Origin: an uncultured delta proteobacterium
GTDB lineage: Bacteria > Desulfobacterota > Desulfuromonadia > Desulfuromonadales > BM103
Direction of reading: 5' to 3'
NCBI GenBank assembly: GCA_963715335.1
Contig: CAVQRZ010000034.1
Coordinates: 1 to 64,000, forward strand
DNA length: 64,000 nt
Shown here: positions 10,435-20,670 of the stretch, piece by piece
Layout: every line of letters begins with the position of its first letter
Numbering within the stretch: position 1 is the first letter of the stretch
Made by a program: the position numbers and the translations under genes
The notes under the pieces: generated by a model
What the model was told of the DNA's origin: nothing
The model's input: only the letters and a program-made list of their open reading frames with translations
Databases searched by the model: none

Positions 10435-11757
10435 TCATGTTGATGGTCTTGCCGCACCGCTGAACCAGTCTTGAATGTCCTGCAGAGCACGATCTGCCAA
10501 AGCCTGACGCCGGTCACGGCGTTTGCGTATCCGTTGCTCGAGAGGCGGGAAGAGCCCGTAGGTAATGTTCATCGGCTGGTAGTTCTCCGCGGAGGCTGTC
10601 GTGGGGTAGCTGAGCAGGGCGCCAAGGGCCGTGGTCGGCGGGGGTGAATTGAAAGCGTTCCCATTACAGAGCGCCACGGCAACCAGCCCGGCGAGAAAGC
10701 CGCTGGCGGCAGATTCGACATAACCTTCGACGCCGGTAATCTGTCCGGCAAAGATCAGGTTTGGCCTGCCTCTGAACTGCAGAAATTGATTCAGACAGGC
10801 GGGGCCATTGATGAAGGTGTTGCGGTGCATGCTGCCCAGACGGGCAAAAGTGGCGTTCGCCAGGCCGGGAATGGTGCGGAAGATCCGCCGCTGTTCCGGG
10901 TGGGTCAGCTTGGTTTGAAAGCCGACCAGGTTGTAGAGGTTGGCATGGCGGTCATCCTGGCGTAGCTGAACCACGGCGTGTGGCTCGCGTCCGGTGCGCG
11001 GGTCCGGCAACCCGACCGGCTTCATCGGCCCGAAGGCCAGGGTCATCTCGCCACGTTCAGCCAGGACTTCTATCGGCATGCAGCCCTCGAAGTGGAGCAC
11101 TTTCTCGAACTGGTGGGGCGCGACTTTTTCGCCCTGGCAGAGAGCTTCGACAAAGGCCAGGTATTGCTCCCTGTCGAACGGACAATTGAGATAATCAGCG
11201 CCACCGCGACCGTATCGGGAGGCAGCATAGACCAGGCTGTGATCGATCGAGTCTGTTTCGATAATCGGGGCGATCGCATCGTAGAAGTAGAGATGCTCCT
11301 GGCCGGTCAGGGCGGCAATTTCTGCCGCGAGGGTGTCCGATGTCAACGGACCGCTGGCAATAATGACCAGCCGGTCGTCGGGGATTGCGGTGATCTCCTG
11401 ACGGTGCAGGGTGATCATGGGATGTTCCTCTATCGCCCGGGTCAGGTGACCGGCAAACCCGTCCCGGTCGACGGCCAGTGCTCCACCGGCCGGAACCGCG
11501 TGGGTGTCAGCGGCTTCGATGAAGAGGCTGTTGCAGCGCCGCAGCTCCTCTTTCAGCAAGCCGACCGCGTTGTGCATGCCGGTGCCGCGCAAACTGTTGG
11601 AACAGACCAATTCCCCAAGCTGTCCGCCATGGTGGGCAGGCGTCATGCGCTGCGGGCGCATCTCGAAGAGATCGACCGGAATGCCCCTTTGCGCAATCTG
11701 CCAGGCCGCTTCAGTGCCGGCCAGGCCGGCGCCAATGATTTGAATTTTTGTTGTCAT
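10435..11757 (-). CDS. trmFO: Folate/FAD-dependent tRNA (uracil-54-C5)-methyltransferase
   Basis: [45 protein letters not shown]; follows topA as is typical. Confidence 0.97.
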   Translation of the reverse strand: MTTKIQIIGAGLAGTEAAWQIAQRGIPVDLFEMRPQRMTPAHHGGQLGELVCSNSLRGTGMHNAVGLLKEELRRCNSLFIEAADTHAVPAGGALAVDRDGFAGHLTRAIEEHPMITLHRQEITAIPDDRLVIIASGPLTSDTLAAEIAALTGQEHLYFYDAIAPIIETDSIDHSLVYAASRYGRGGADYLNCPFDREQYLAFVEALCQGEKVAPHQFEKVLHFEGCMPIEVLAERGEMTLAFGPMKPVGLPDPRTGREPHAVVQLRQDDRHANLYNLVGFQTKLTHPEQRRIFRTIPGLANATFARLGSMHRNTFINGPACLNQFLQFRGRPNLIFAGQITGVEGYVESAASGFLAGLVAVALCNGNAFNSPPPTTALGALLSYPTTASAENYQPMNITYGLFPPLEQRIRKRRDRRQALADRALQDIQDWFSGAARPST

Positions 11758-11806
11758 AGGAAATTATTATCCGTTTTTTGTCTTAAGTATACAGGAACAG
11801 CACAGA

Positions 11807-11834
11807 AAGGGCCGGGCAATCTGCCCGGCCGTTT
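11807..11834 (-). terminator. GC hairpin GGCCGGGC-aatct-GCCCGGCC at the left edge of repeat copy E
   Basis: 8-bp perfect stem; near-identical hairpin at 12635-12659. Confidence 0.5.
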
Positions 11835-12630
11835 CTGGCTGCTGGCAAGGTTCAGCAGGAATTCATGATAGCGAGGGCAACAGATGGTTAATCTGTTGCC
11901 CTTAATTTCTTCTTTAAATTCTTAAAAGAAAAACCGGCGGATCGCCTCTCACCTATGCCTTACTTTATTTGTTTACAAGGAAAAGAGTTTTACGTTGATT
12001 CATTTCGCACGATGCAATTAAAGGCCACCGGGTCAAGAAAACAGTACCGTGAGGCCCCCTGCAACGGGCCGGCTCCCGTACACAGAAGCCATTAGAAACC
12101 ACGGCAATCCTGCGGACGTCTATGCCCAGCGCAGCGCAGGCCCTTTTCTGCTGACTCTTTTGGGCCAGCAAAAGAGTCAGGCGCCGTCGGGGGGCGCCAC
12201 CCCCGGGTTTTGCTTTTGCTTGCTTTATGTATTTAAACATGATTCAAAAGATCGAGAACCAGAACCGGCGGGTCGCGTCCCGCCGGACGCCATACTTTTG
12301 TCCGGCAACAAAAGTATGCAAAAGTGCCTTCTCCTAGCGGAGGGCATAGACGTTCGCGCAGGATCTAAGGCGTTCAGGAACAACGCAGGAGACGAGCCGG
12401 CCCGTTACAGGGGGCCTCGCCATAATGATGTCAATATGGGGTGGCAGGATCACACTGATGAGACAACTTGCGCCCGCAGGGACGGAACTTAAAACCCTTC
12501 TTCTCTGAAGTCCAGTGGACTATCAAAAGGGCAACAGATTAACCATCTGTTGCCCTTAACTTTAAATGAATTCCACGTACAATGTAAAAAAACAAAACCC
12601 GCATCACGTGCGGGCTTTGTTAAGAATCTG
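11835..12630. repeat. Rearranged copy (E) of the hairpin-rich intergenic repeat (MITE/REPIN-like)
   Basis: Leader ctggctgctggcaag; GGGCAACAGAT..ATCTGTTGCCC palindromes at 11874-11902 and 12527-12557; both arm modules present back-to-back at about 12120-12350. Confidence 0.85.
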
Positions 12631-12660
12631 AAACGGCCGGGCAAGCCGCCCGGCCGTTTC
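12631..12660 (-). terminator. Rho-independent terminator of topA
   Basis: AAACGGCCGGGC-aagcc-GCCCGGCCGTTT, about 20 nt past the topA stop. Confidence 0.75.
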
Positions 12661-12682
12661 GTTCGTATATGTCGAGCCTGCT

Positions 12683-15022
12683 TCAGGCTTTCTTCTTGAC
12701 GGTTTTCTTGGCCGTAGCTTTCTTGGCGGGCGCCTTCTGCTCCGGCTCGACCAGGGTCACCTGGTAGTCGCATCCCTCCTCGGGGCATTTCTGGACGGTT
12801 CCGTAACGCTTGGTGACCTTCACTACGGTCAGCGGGAAGGCACATTTCGGACAGGGCTCCTCTTGCGGTTCGTCCCAGAGGGCGTATTTGCATTTCGGGT
12901 AACGATTGCAGGAGTAGAAGATTTTGCCGTAACGGCTCTTCTTCTCCATGATTTCACCTTCTTTGCAGGACGGGCAGCCGATGTCGAGTGATTTCGGTTT
13001 AATCAGGGGTTGATTGTTTTTGCACTCGGGATAGGCAGAACAGGCAAGGTACTTGCCGTAGCGTCCTTCCTTGAACTGCATCAGCGCACCGCACTTCTCG
13101 CATTTCTCATCGGAGAGGACCGGCTCGTCATTGCGTTCGCCGTTGATCGGGCGGGTGTATTTACACTCCGGGTAGCCGTTGCAGGCAATGAAGTAGCCGT
13201 TGCGGCCAAACTTCTTGGAAAGCTGTTCCTGGCACTCCGGGCACTTTTCGTCAAGAGGTTCACCGACGAACCGGACCTCTTTGACCCCCTCGACCTCCTG
13301 TTTGAACGGGACCCAGAACTCTCTCAGGAAAGATTTCCATTCACCTTTGCCCAGAGAGATGGCATCGAGGTCGTCTTCCATGTTGGCGGTGAACTGGTAG
13401 TCGACATACTTGTCGAAACACTGCATCAGGAAGCGGATGACTTCGCGACCGAGATCTTGCGGGTAAAAGACCCGCTTGATCAGCTGCACGTAGTTGCGCT
13501 CTACCAGGGTGTTCATGGTGGCCGCGTAAGTCGATGGTCGGCCGATACCATATTCTTCCAGGGTCTTGACCAGCGAAGCTTCCGTGTAGCGTGGGGGTGG
13601 TTGGGTCGTGTGCTCCTCGCCGATGAGTTCAGCAAAGCTTAAGGCCTCTTGCTCGTTCAGGTTGGGCAGGAGCCCTGCGACCTCTTCGCTCTCGGTGTCC
13701 TGGCCTTCGATATAGACCTTCATGAAGCCGGGGAACCGGACCACCTGACCCGAAGCGCGGAACTGGAACTTTTCTCCGGCGAGGATGTCAATCGTGGTCG
13801 CATCGAGCAGGGCATCGGCCATCTGCGAGGCAATTGTCCGTTCCCAGATCAGTTTGTAAAGCCTTAGTTCATCACGATCGAGCACCGTGTTGAGCTTTTC
13901 CGGGTGGCGTGCCAGACCGGTGGGGCGGATCGCCTCATGAGCCTCCTGGGCATTCTTGGCCTTGCTCTTGTAGACGCGGGGCCTGGCAGGAACGTATTCC
14001 TTGCCGTAGCGTTCATCGATGACCTGCCGGGCCTCATCGATCGCCAGATTGGAGAGGGTGACCGAGTCGGTTCGCATGTAAGTGATCAGGCCAACGGGGC
14101 CCTCGCCTGTGTCGACGCCTTCGTAGAGCCTCTGGGCCAACGACATGGTCTTGCGCGCCGAGAAGCCGAGCTTGCGGTTGGCCTCCTGCTGCAGGGTGCT
14201 GGTGGTAAAGGGGGCGGCCGGACGGCGTTTCTTCTCTGTCCGATTGACTGTCGACACCTGCAGCGGCAGGGGCCTGATTTCCTCGACCAGTTGCTCGGCC
14301 GCCTGCCGATCGGCAATCACCTGATAGGTCGCAGCTTCCAGATGCTTGGCGCTGGCAGCGACCTTCTGGCCGTCGATCGAATGCAGTCGCGCCGCAAACG
14401 TGGCTTTCTCCGTGTTGGCCATGGCGGCTTCGATGGTCCAGTACTCCTGGGCCTTGAACGCTTCGATCTCTGCCTCGCGCTCACAGATCAGCCGCAGGGC
14501 AACCGACTGTACGCGGCCGGCCGAGCGGCTGCCGGGAATCTTGCGCCAGAGGACCGGGGAAAGATTGAACCCGACCAGGTAGTCGAGGATCCGTCTTGCC
14601 TGCTGGGCATCGACCAGTTCCGTTGATATCTTGCGTGGCTTGGCCATGGCTTCGGCAATCGCGGTTTTGGTGATCTCGTGAAACACGACCCTGCTGACCT
14701 TGGGAGAGTCCCCTTTTTCGTCAACCCCGAGGGCTTCCAGCAGGTGCCAGGCAATCGCTTCGCCTTCACGGTCCGGGTCAGTCGCAAGGACCAGCTCGTC
14801 GACGCCCTTGAGGGCCTTCTTCAGAAGGGCCAGCTGTTTTTTGGCTTTTGCCGAGACGATGTACTTGGGGAGGAAATCGTTTTCGACATCGACCGAGCCA
14901 TCCTTGCTCGGCAGGTCGCGAACGTGTCCGTAGGAGGCGAGGACGTGGTAGCCCTTGCCGAGAAATTTTTCGATGGTTTTGGCCTTGGCAGGCGATTCAA
15001 CAATAACCAGGGAATTAGCCAT
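12683..15022 (-). CDS. topA: DNA topoisomerase I
   Basis: IVESPAKAKTI, ATDPDREGE, SAGRVQS, LITYMRTDS, AHEAIRPT, C-terminal C4 zinc ribbons and Lys/Ala tail. Confidence 0.98.
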   Translation of the reverse strand: MANSLVIVESPAKAKTIEKFLGKGYHVLASYGHVRDLPSKDGSVDVENDFLPKYIVSAKAKKQLALLKKALKGVDELVLATDPDREGEAIAWHLLEALGVDEKGDSPKVSRVVFHEITKTAIAEAMAKPRKISTELVDAQQARRILDYLVGFNLSPVLWRKIPGSRSAGRVQSVALRLICEREAEIEAFKAQEYWTIEAAMANTEKATFAARLHSIDGQKVAASAKHLEAATYQVIADRQAAEQLVEEIRPLPLQVSTVNRTEKKRRPAAPFTTSTLQQEANRKLGFSARKTMSLAQRLYEGVDTGEGPVGLITYMRTDSVTLSNLAIDEARQVIDERYGKEYVPARPRVYKSKAKNAQEAHEAIRPTGLARHPEKLNTVLDRDELRLYKLIWERTIASQMADALLDATTIDILAGEKFQFRASGQVVRFPGFMKVYIEGQDTESEEVAGLLPNLNEQEALSFAELIGEEHTTQPPPRYTEASLVKTLEEYGIGRPSTYAATMNTLVERNYVQLIKRVFYPQDLGREVIRFLMQCFDKYVDYQFTANMEDDLDAISLGKGEWKSFLREFWVPFKQEVEGVKEVRFVGEPLDEKCPECQEQLSKKFGRNGYFIACNGYPECKYTRPINGERNDEPVLSDEKCEKCGALMQFKEGRYGKYLACSAYPECKNNQPLIKPKSLDIGCPSCKEGEIMEKKSRYGKIFYSCNRYPKCKYALWDEPQEEPCPKCAFPLTVVKVTKRYGTVQKCPEEGCDYQVTLVEPEQKAPAKKATAKKTVKKKA

Positions 15023-15089
15023 AAGTCCAGTTCAAGCCATTTCGTGAGAAATGAAAAAGGCCGCAGGTTTTCCCGCAGCCTGTTGCACA

Positions 15090-15563
15090 TCAGTTCAGCA
15101 ACCGCGGCCAGTCATCTTCCAGCAGGCAGTCGTATTCGCGGCGCCATTCATTGTGAGAGTTGGCAAACATTGCCAGAACCGTAATCGTTTTGATCTCTTT
15201 TAGAGAGACTTCGTCGTCCGCAACCTGCAGGGCCTTGGAGATGACCTCTTCCTGTACTTCGGCGTCGAGTATGCCCATGCCCCGCAGACGAGTCAGGAAC
15301 CCGCGGGCTTCGCCGGAGAGAATTCGGCTTTCCTCGGCGGAGAAGACCCTGTGGCTGGCAGGCGGATTGCCCAGCTTAATGTCGCTTCCGGCGGGAGAAC
15401 AGATGGTCTGGCTCTCCATCCAGCAGAAGGCGGCGTCAATCTCTTCAGCCTCGAAACCGACGGCGAGCAACTCCTCAACGAGATCACTTTCTGTCATCAA
15501 ATCCTGATCGTCGAGGAAGTATTGAGCGATGAAACTGACAATCGCCAGGACTCGTTCTCTCAA
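15090..15563 (-). CDS. smg: Smg / DUF494 family protein
   Basis: Lies between dprA and topA; GFEAEEIDAAFCW, RVFSAEE, EARGFL. Confidence 0.85.
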   Translation of the reverse strand: MRERVLAIVSFIAQYFLDDQDLMTESDLVEELLAVGFEAEEIDAAFCWMESQTICSPAGSDIKLGNPPASHRVFSAEESRILSGEARGFLTRLRGMGILDAEVQEEVISKALQVADDEVSLKEIKTITVLAMFANSHNEWRREYDCLLEDDWPRLLN

Positions 15564-15587
15564 GAAGTCTCCGTTGGTCCGTTAGGA

Positions 15588-16679
15588 TTAAAGCGCCCGG
15601 CGACTGCGGACGTACCGTCCGCCGGGCAACTTTTCTGCGTACCCTTGCAGTTCTAGGTGCAGTAAAATAACGGAAAGCTCCATAGGTGTCAACCCACTTT
15701 CCATGGCGAGTTCATCGCTGTGGCGGGGGGTTAGGTCGAGAGCGCCCAGAACCCTTCTGGCGGGTTCTGGCAGATCAACGCCGCCGCTTGCCAAGTTGGT
15801 ATGCCTCGTGCTGTGAATCGCCGACAGACCGAGGACCTCGAGGATCTCTGCCGCCTCCGTGACCGGATGGGCGCCCTGCTTGATCAGGCGGTTCGGACCG
15901 TAGCTGGTCTTGCGGTCGACACTACCGGGGACCGCCATGACTTCACGCCCCTGTTCGAGGGCGAATTCAGCGGTAATTAAGGAGCCGCTGTTACGGCAGG
16001 CTTCGACCACCAGGGTCCCCAGGCTGAGCGCGCTAATAATGCGGTTGCGCCCGGGAAAGTGTCCTGGCAGGGGTTCGCTGCCGGGGGGGTATTCGGACAA
16101 CAGCGCCCCATTGTCGATGATTTGCTTGTACAGCCCGGCATTCTCCGGTGGGTAGATGCGATCGATCCCGCAGCCGAGGACGGCTACGGTTTTACCCCCC
16201 TCTTCGAGGGCGCCACGGTGCGCCGCGGAGTCTATGCCGCGGGCCATGCCGCTGACAATAACGATGCCGGCCGCAGCCATTTCCCCGGCCAGTTTTTTCG
16301 TGAACATCCTGCCAAAGTCGGTCGGATGACGGGTCCCGACGATGGCGACGGCCGGTTCAGTCGGCAGTTCACCACAACAGTAGAGAAGCGCTGGTGGGTC
16401 GTCTATCTGTCTGAGCCTTTGCGGGTAGTCTGCGTCCCAGATAGTCAGAAGTCGACCGTTCAGCTCGTCCAGTCGCTCGCAGGCCATCTGGATTTTGCGG
16501 TCTGTCGCTGCCGGGATTCCCTGTGTCAGGCCGTTACGCACCCCGGCCAACTGCCAGCCAGGTCCGGCGCTGTCAATGGCTTTTTCTGGGGTTTTGAAGT
16601 GTTCGATCAGGCGCATCAGGCCGACGCGGCCAAGGCCCGGTGTAAGCTGCAGGCGCAACCATGGCGACAGGTCTTGCAT
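15588..16679 (-). CDS. dprA: DNA-processing protein DprA
   Basis: AIVGTR, IVSGMARGIDSAAH, FPGRNRIIS, SGSLITA. Confidence 0.97.
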   Translation of the reverse strand: MQDLSPWLRLQLTPGLGRVGLMRLIEHFKTPEKAIDSAGPGWQLAGVRNGLTQGIPAATDRKIQMACERLDELNGRLLTIWDADYPQRLRQIDDPPALLYCCGELPTEPAVAIVGTRHPTDFGRMFTKKLAGEMAAAGIVIVSGMARGIDSAAHRGALEEGGKTVAVLGCGIDRIYPPENAGLYKQIIDNGALLSEYPPGSEPLPGHFPGRNRIISALSLGTLVVEACRNSGSLITAEFALEQGREVMAVPGSVDRKTSYGPNRLIKQGAHPVTEAAEILEVLGLSAIHSTRHTNLASGGVDLPEPARRVLGALDLTPRHSDELAMESGLTPMELSVILLHLELQGYAEKLPGGRYVRSRRAL

Positions 16680-16712
16680 AGGGTCCCCCCATAAATAATG
16701 TGTTCATTGCAT

Positions 16713-16743
16713 AAAAAGGGATGGGCCGATAACAGCCCATCCC
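16713..16743 (-). terminator. Terminator after the LysM gene
   Basis: GGGATGGGC/GCCCATCCC stem followed by a U-tract on the minus strand. Confidence 0.7.
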
Positions 16744-16778
16744 GAAAAAAATCAAAGGTTCGGGAAGCCTCCCGGAGT

Positions 16779-17798
16779 CTACCTGGTTTTTGTCCTGATC
16801 TGGTCGCCGCGGTAGATCGGCAGGTTGGTCGTACGGGTGATCAACGCTTCGGCGAACCCCCTGCGTACCTCCAGAACAATGGCGTCGCCGAGATCGATAT
16901 CCGGCAGGACCAGCACCTTGTCCTTGTCAACCACATCGGTCGCTTCACGTTTGCGGTAGATATCCAGCTCGTGACCAACCAGCAGGCCGCTTTCTTCTCC
17001 CACGTCGATGAGGATGACTTCCCACTGGCCCATGGCAAGGTTGCCGACGTCATTGGCGAGGATGTAGCCCTCGAGCACATGGTCTGCGAACAGGCGCTGA
17101 ACCCGGCTGGGGATCGCTTTGTAGGGGCGCAGTTTTGAGCCCCTCTCGATTTCCCGCATGGCATGGGTAATGGTCGCTACGGCAACGGTCGGAGTGACTT
17201 TTGTAACCTCGACGGTGCCAAGCTGGATGATCTGGTAACCAAGAATTGCATCTTCTCTCTGGTGACCCCACTTGCCCTCGGCAAGAGGATGAATGATTGC
17301 CCGCCCCGTTTCGATTATTTCATAGATGTCGCCGGGCCTGGTCGCAGAGAGGTCATTCATTTCGAGGAAAACCGTGTCTCCGGTGGTGACCATCAGGCGA
17401 TTGTCGACGGTGTCGACCAAAGTCCCCAGGGTCTGCACCTCTTCGTCGCTGATGAAGCTCTGGGCTCCGCCGAAAGTGGGGATCAGCAGGATTTCATCGG
17501 CAGTCATATATGCGGCACCGATTGCACCGTTGCCTTCGCCGACCGGGATGATCTCGATGCGCCCGTCGTAGATGCGCAGCTTCTGGCCCGGATAGATCAG
17601 GTGCGGATTACCGATCACCGGGTTGTTGGACCAGAGGTTTGGCCAATAGTACGGGTCCTTTATGAAGCGCTGGGAGATGTCCCACAGAGTGTCGCCCTGC
17701 TTGACCGTGTAGATGATCGGTTCTTCCTTGGCGATGGCAGCGCCAGGCCAGATCATGAAGAGTAAACAGGCAGTCAGAATAGTGCGTTTGAGATTCAT
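16779..17798 (-). CDS. LysM peptidoglycan-binding protein
   Basis: Signal peptide, YTVKQGDTLWDIS...WPNLW...NPHLIYPGQ; conserved position upstream of dprA. Confidence 0.92.
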   Translation of the reverse strand: MNLKRTILTACLLFMIWPGAAIAKEEPIIYTVKQGDTLWDISQRFIKDPYYWPNLWSNNPVIGNPHLIYPGQKLRIYDGRIEIIPVGEGNGAIGAAYMTADEILLIPTFGGAQSFISDEEVQTLGTLVDTVDNRLMVTTGDTVFLEMNDLSATRPGDIYEIIETGRAIIHPLAEGKWGHQREDAILGYQIIQLGTVEVTKVTPTVAVATITHAMREIERGSKLRPYKAIPSRVQRLFADHVLEGYILANDVGNLAMGQWEVILIDVGEESGLLVGHELDIYRKREATDVVDKDKVLVLPDIDLGDAIVLEVRRGFAEALITRTTNLPIYRGDQIRTKTR

Positions 17799-17821
17799 GT
17801 CTCCCCCTTGATGGCAACCGG

Positions 17822-18517
17822 TTAGGGTATCACCAGTTCCTGGGCCTTTTGGGTTGCTGGACTTTTCGGATAACGTTGGTTCAGTGTGTCAATCGCCTGG
17901 CGGGCTGCATCCGTTGCCCCCAGTTGCAGCTGGGCGATGGCAATTTTGTAGAGGGCTTCCGGGCTTTTCGGTGCGCCCGAATACTCGTTGATGACGCGCT
18001 CGAACTCCCTGATTGCCATGGGGTATTGCTGTTGATTGAAATAGCAGTCCGCAAGCCAGAACTGTGCGTTGCTAGCATAGCTGTTGTTCGGGAAACGCCT
18101 CAGGAAGGCCTCAAAGCCGTGTAGTGCGGATTGGTAGCGGCCAGAGGCATAGTCGCCGAATGCCTGCAGGTAAACTTCGGTTGGCGAGCCATCACCTTGC
18201 GCCTGCGCGGCAGTGGTTTCGGCAGTGCGCGGTAGCGCTGCGGTCGGGTAAGCCCCTTCCGCCGTCAATGGGCCCCGCATAAGCTGATTGATTTGCTGGG
18301 CCTGTGCCTGCTGTTGGTTCTGCAGCTCGGCCAGTTGCCGTGAGACACTCTGCAGCTCTTGCTCCTGTCTGTCTAGCGTCTCCTGCAGGCGGCTCATGTC
18401 ATGGGGAAGGTTGCCGGATTGCATGCCTCTCGGCGGCGGAGCGCACGAAGCCAGCAGGCTGAGCAGGCCCACAACTGCCAGATATCGGTATGCCATATGT
18501 CTGTCGGGGATAGTCAT
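17822..18517 (-). CDS. cpoB: Tol-Pal associated CpoB/YbgF lipoprotein (coiled coil + TPR)
   Basis: LLASC lipobox, coiled coil, NAQFWLADCYF, KSPEALYKIA. Confidence 0.85.
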   Translation of the reverse strand: MTIPDRHMAYRYLAVVGLLSLLASCAPPPRGMQSGNLPHDMSRLQETLDRQEQELQSVSRQLAELQNQQQAQAQQINQLMRGPLTAEGAYPTAALPRTAETTAAQAQGDGSPTEVYLQAFGDYASGRYQSALHGFEAFLRRFPNNSYASNAQFWLADCYFNQQQYPMAIREFERVINEYSGAPKSPEALYKIAIAQLQLGATDAARQAIDTLNQRYPKSPATQKAQELVIP

Positions 18518-18682
18518 GTCGTCAAGTTACAGTAGTATCCAGAATTGAAATTTCCTAAAAATTATAGGCTTTTTCGTTACTTGTCAAGCATCATGGCTGG
18601 TCGCACGATAATCTGGCCTTGCATGAAATATGCCTCGTTGTGATAGAGTAAACGGCGATATCAGAACACACAAGGTTACCGA

Positions 18683-19900
18683 ATGATCCCCGAGCTCCTG
18701 GCGCCTGCCGGAAACATGGAAAAACTGGAAACCGCCCTGCGTTACGGGGCGGACGCTGTTTACTGCGGTATCGAGCGGTTCAGCTTGCGTGCGTTGGCCG
18801 GTAATCTCACCATACCGGAACTGTCGCGGGGCTGTGAATTGGCCCATTCTCTGGGTAAACGCCTTTACCTGACATTGAATGCCTACCTGCGCCCGGACGA
18901 GGAACCAATTGCCCGCCAACTGCTACGGGAGCTTCTGCAGGTTCCGGTCGATGCCTATATTCTGGCTGATCCGGGGATGTTGTCCCTGGTCAGACAGATT
19001 GATCCCGACAGGGAAGTCCATCTCTCCACCCAGGCCAACACCACGAGCGCGGCAGCAGCTTATTTTTGGCAGTCGCAGGGCGTCAAACGGCTGAATCTTG
19101 CCCGCGAGCTGAACCTGACTGAAATCAAGGAAATCAGGGCAAATTCGGAAGTCGAACTGGAAGTCTTCGTGCATGGGGCCATGTGCATGGCCTATTCGGG
19201 GCGCTGCCTGCTCTCGGCAGGGTTGTCCGGGCGCAGCGCCAATCGTGGCGCCTGCAGTCATCCCTGTCGGTGGAAATACTCCCTGCAGGAGGAGACCCGG
19301 CCGGGTGAATACCTGCCGATCGAAGAGGATGACCGGGGCACTTATATCTTCAACAGCCGTGACCTCTGCCTGATCGAGTATCTGCCGGAGTTGATCGGGG
19401 CTGGAGTCGACAGCTTGAAGATTGAAGGCCGGATGAAAAGCCTCTATTACGTCGCGGCCGTAACCAGGGTTTATCGAGCGGCCCTGGATGCCTGGCGCGA
19501 CAATCCCGACAACTGTCAGGTTGACCCTCTGTGGCTCAGGGAGCTTGAAGCGGTCAGTCACCGACCTTACGGGACAGGTTTCCTGTTTGACCACGACCAC
19601 GCCTTCGTACACGCAGAGGACAGCCTCTATAGTCGTGATTGCGATTTCGTCGGGATCGTCCGTGAAGTCTCGCCGGAAGGGGTCTCGCTGGTTGAGGGGC
19701 GCAACCGCATCCGGAATGGAGACAGTCTGGAGATCATCGGACCGGCAATGCGCCGGTCAGAGCTGGCGTTTGCAGGGGCCTTCGATGCCCAGGGCGGCAA
19801 AATCGAGACCGTGCAGCCAAATGCCGTGGTGCATATGAAATTGCCGGACGGAACCCGAGCCGGGGACCTGCTGCGCCGCTGGCGTGAGCCGGGCAGGTAA
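18683..19900 (+). CDS. U32 family peptidase-like protein (TrhP/YegQ-type Fe-S RNA hydroxylation family)
   Basis: PELLAPAG, HLSTQAN, FVHGAMCMAYSGRCLLS, NRGACSHPCR, SLKIEGRMK. Confidence 0.9.
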   Translation: MIPELLAPAGNMEKLETALRYGADAVYCGIERFSLRALAGNLTIPELSRGCELAHSLGKRLYLTLNAYLRPDEEPIARQLLRELLQVPVDAYILADPGMLSLVRQIDPDREVHLSTQANTTSAAAAYFWQSQGVKRLNLARELNLTEIKEIRANSEVELEVFVHGAMCMAYSGRCLLSAGLSGRSANRGACSHPCRWKYSLQEETRPGEYLPIEEDDRGTYIFNSRDLCLIEYLPELIGAGVDSLKIEGRMKSLYYVAAVTRVYRAALDAWRDNPDNCQVDPLWLRELEAVSHRPYGTGFLFDHDHAFVHAEDSLYSRDCDFVGIVREVSPEGVSLVEGRNRIRNGDSLEIIGPAMRRSELAFAGAFDAQGGKIETVQPNAVVHMKLPDGTRAGDLLRRWREPGR

Positions 19901-19907
19901 TCGCTGG

Positions 19908-20555
19908 TCAAACCTGCCAGGTCCGCAGGGAGATCACGTCGCAACAGGTGAGTCGGCGGCCGTAGACGCAGCCGGTATCGACGCCTATCCTGTGACCGCC
20001 AAGCAGAGGCTCTTCGCGCGGAGTGTGGCCGTAGACCACGGTTTTGCCCCAGTCGTAGTTCGATTCGAGGAACTCGTGGCGAATCCAGAGCATGTCGAAG
20101 TCAGTTTGTCCTGCCAGGGGGATTCCCGGCCGCAGACCGGCGTGGACAAAGATGTGCTGCGCCGATTCGAAATAATGCCGTAGCGATTCAAGGAAGCGGC
20201 GATGGCTTGAGGGTAAGGGCCACAGCCCGCAATCGCGGTAACTGTCCAGGGTTTGCCGGCCGCCGTTGATGAGGAACATGGCCGGATCCTGTCCGTCGAG
20301 GTAATCGAGAAACATCTGTTCATGATTGCCGCGCAAAAAGACGGTTTGCGGAAAGGCCGCGGCGAATTCAATCAGGTAATCAATCACCCCGGCGCTGTCC
20401 GGACCGCGATCGACATAGTCGCCGAGGAACACGATCCTGTCGGCGGCAGCAGGGTTGACCAGCGCCATGAGCCCGGTCAATTGGGCCAGACATCCGTGGA
20501 TGTCGCCTATGGCAAGCAATCGGCCCTCTGACGGTTTTGTCTCCATCTGCGTCAT
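19908..20555 (-). CDS. Metallophosphoesterase (PPP/ApaH-like Ser/Thr phosphatase)
   Basis: GDIHG, GDYVDRG, RGNHE, FVHAG, GHTP, DTG. Confidence 0.93.
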   Translation of the reverse strand: MTQMETKPSEGRLLAIGDIHGCLAQLTGLMALVNPAAADRIVFLGDYVDRGPDSAGVIDYLIEFAAAFPQTVFLRGNHEQMFLDYLDGQDPAMFLINGGRQTLDSYRDCGLWPLPSSHRRFLESLRHYFESAQHIFVHAGLRPGIPLAGQTDFDMLWIRHEFLESNYDWGKTVVYGHTPREEPLLGGHRIGVDTGCVYGRRLTCCDVISLRTWQV

Positions 20556-20670
20556 CTCTTCATTCTAACCTGTTCTGACGTCCTGTGCAGGCCGGGAAAG
20601 GGTTGTTTCCAAGCCATGTTCACGGCATACTGTGACGGTTTGCGGAGTTCTTTTCTGACATGAGGCGATA

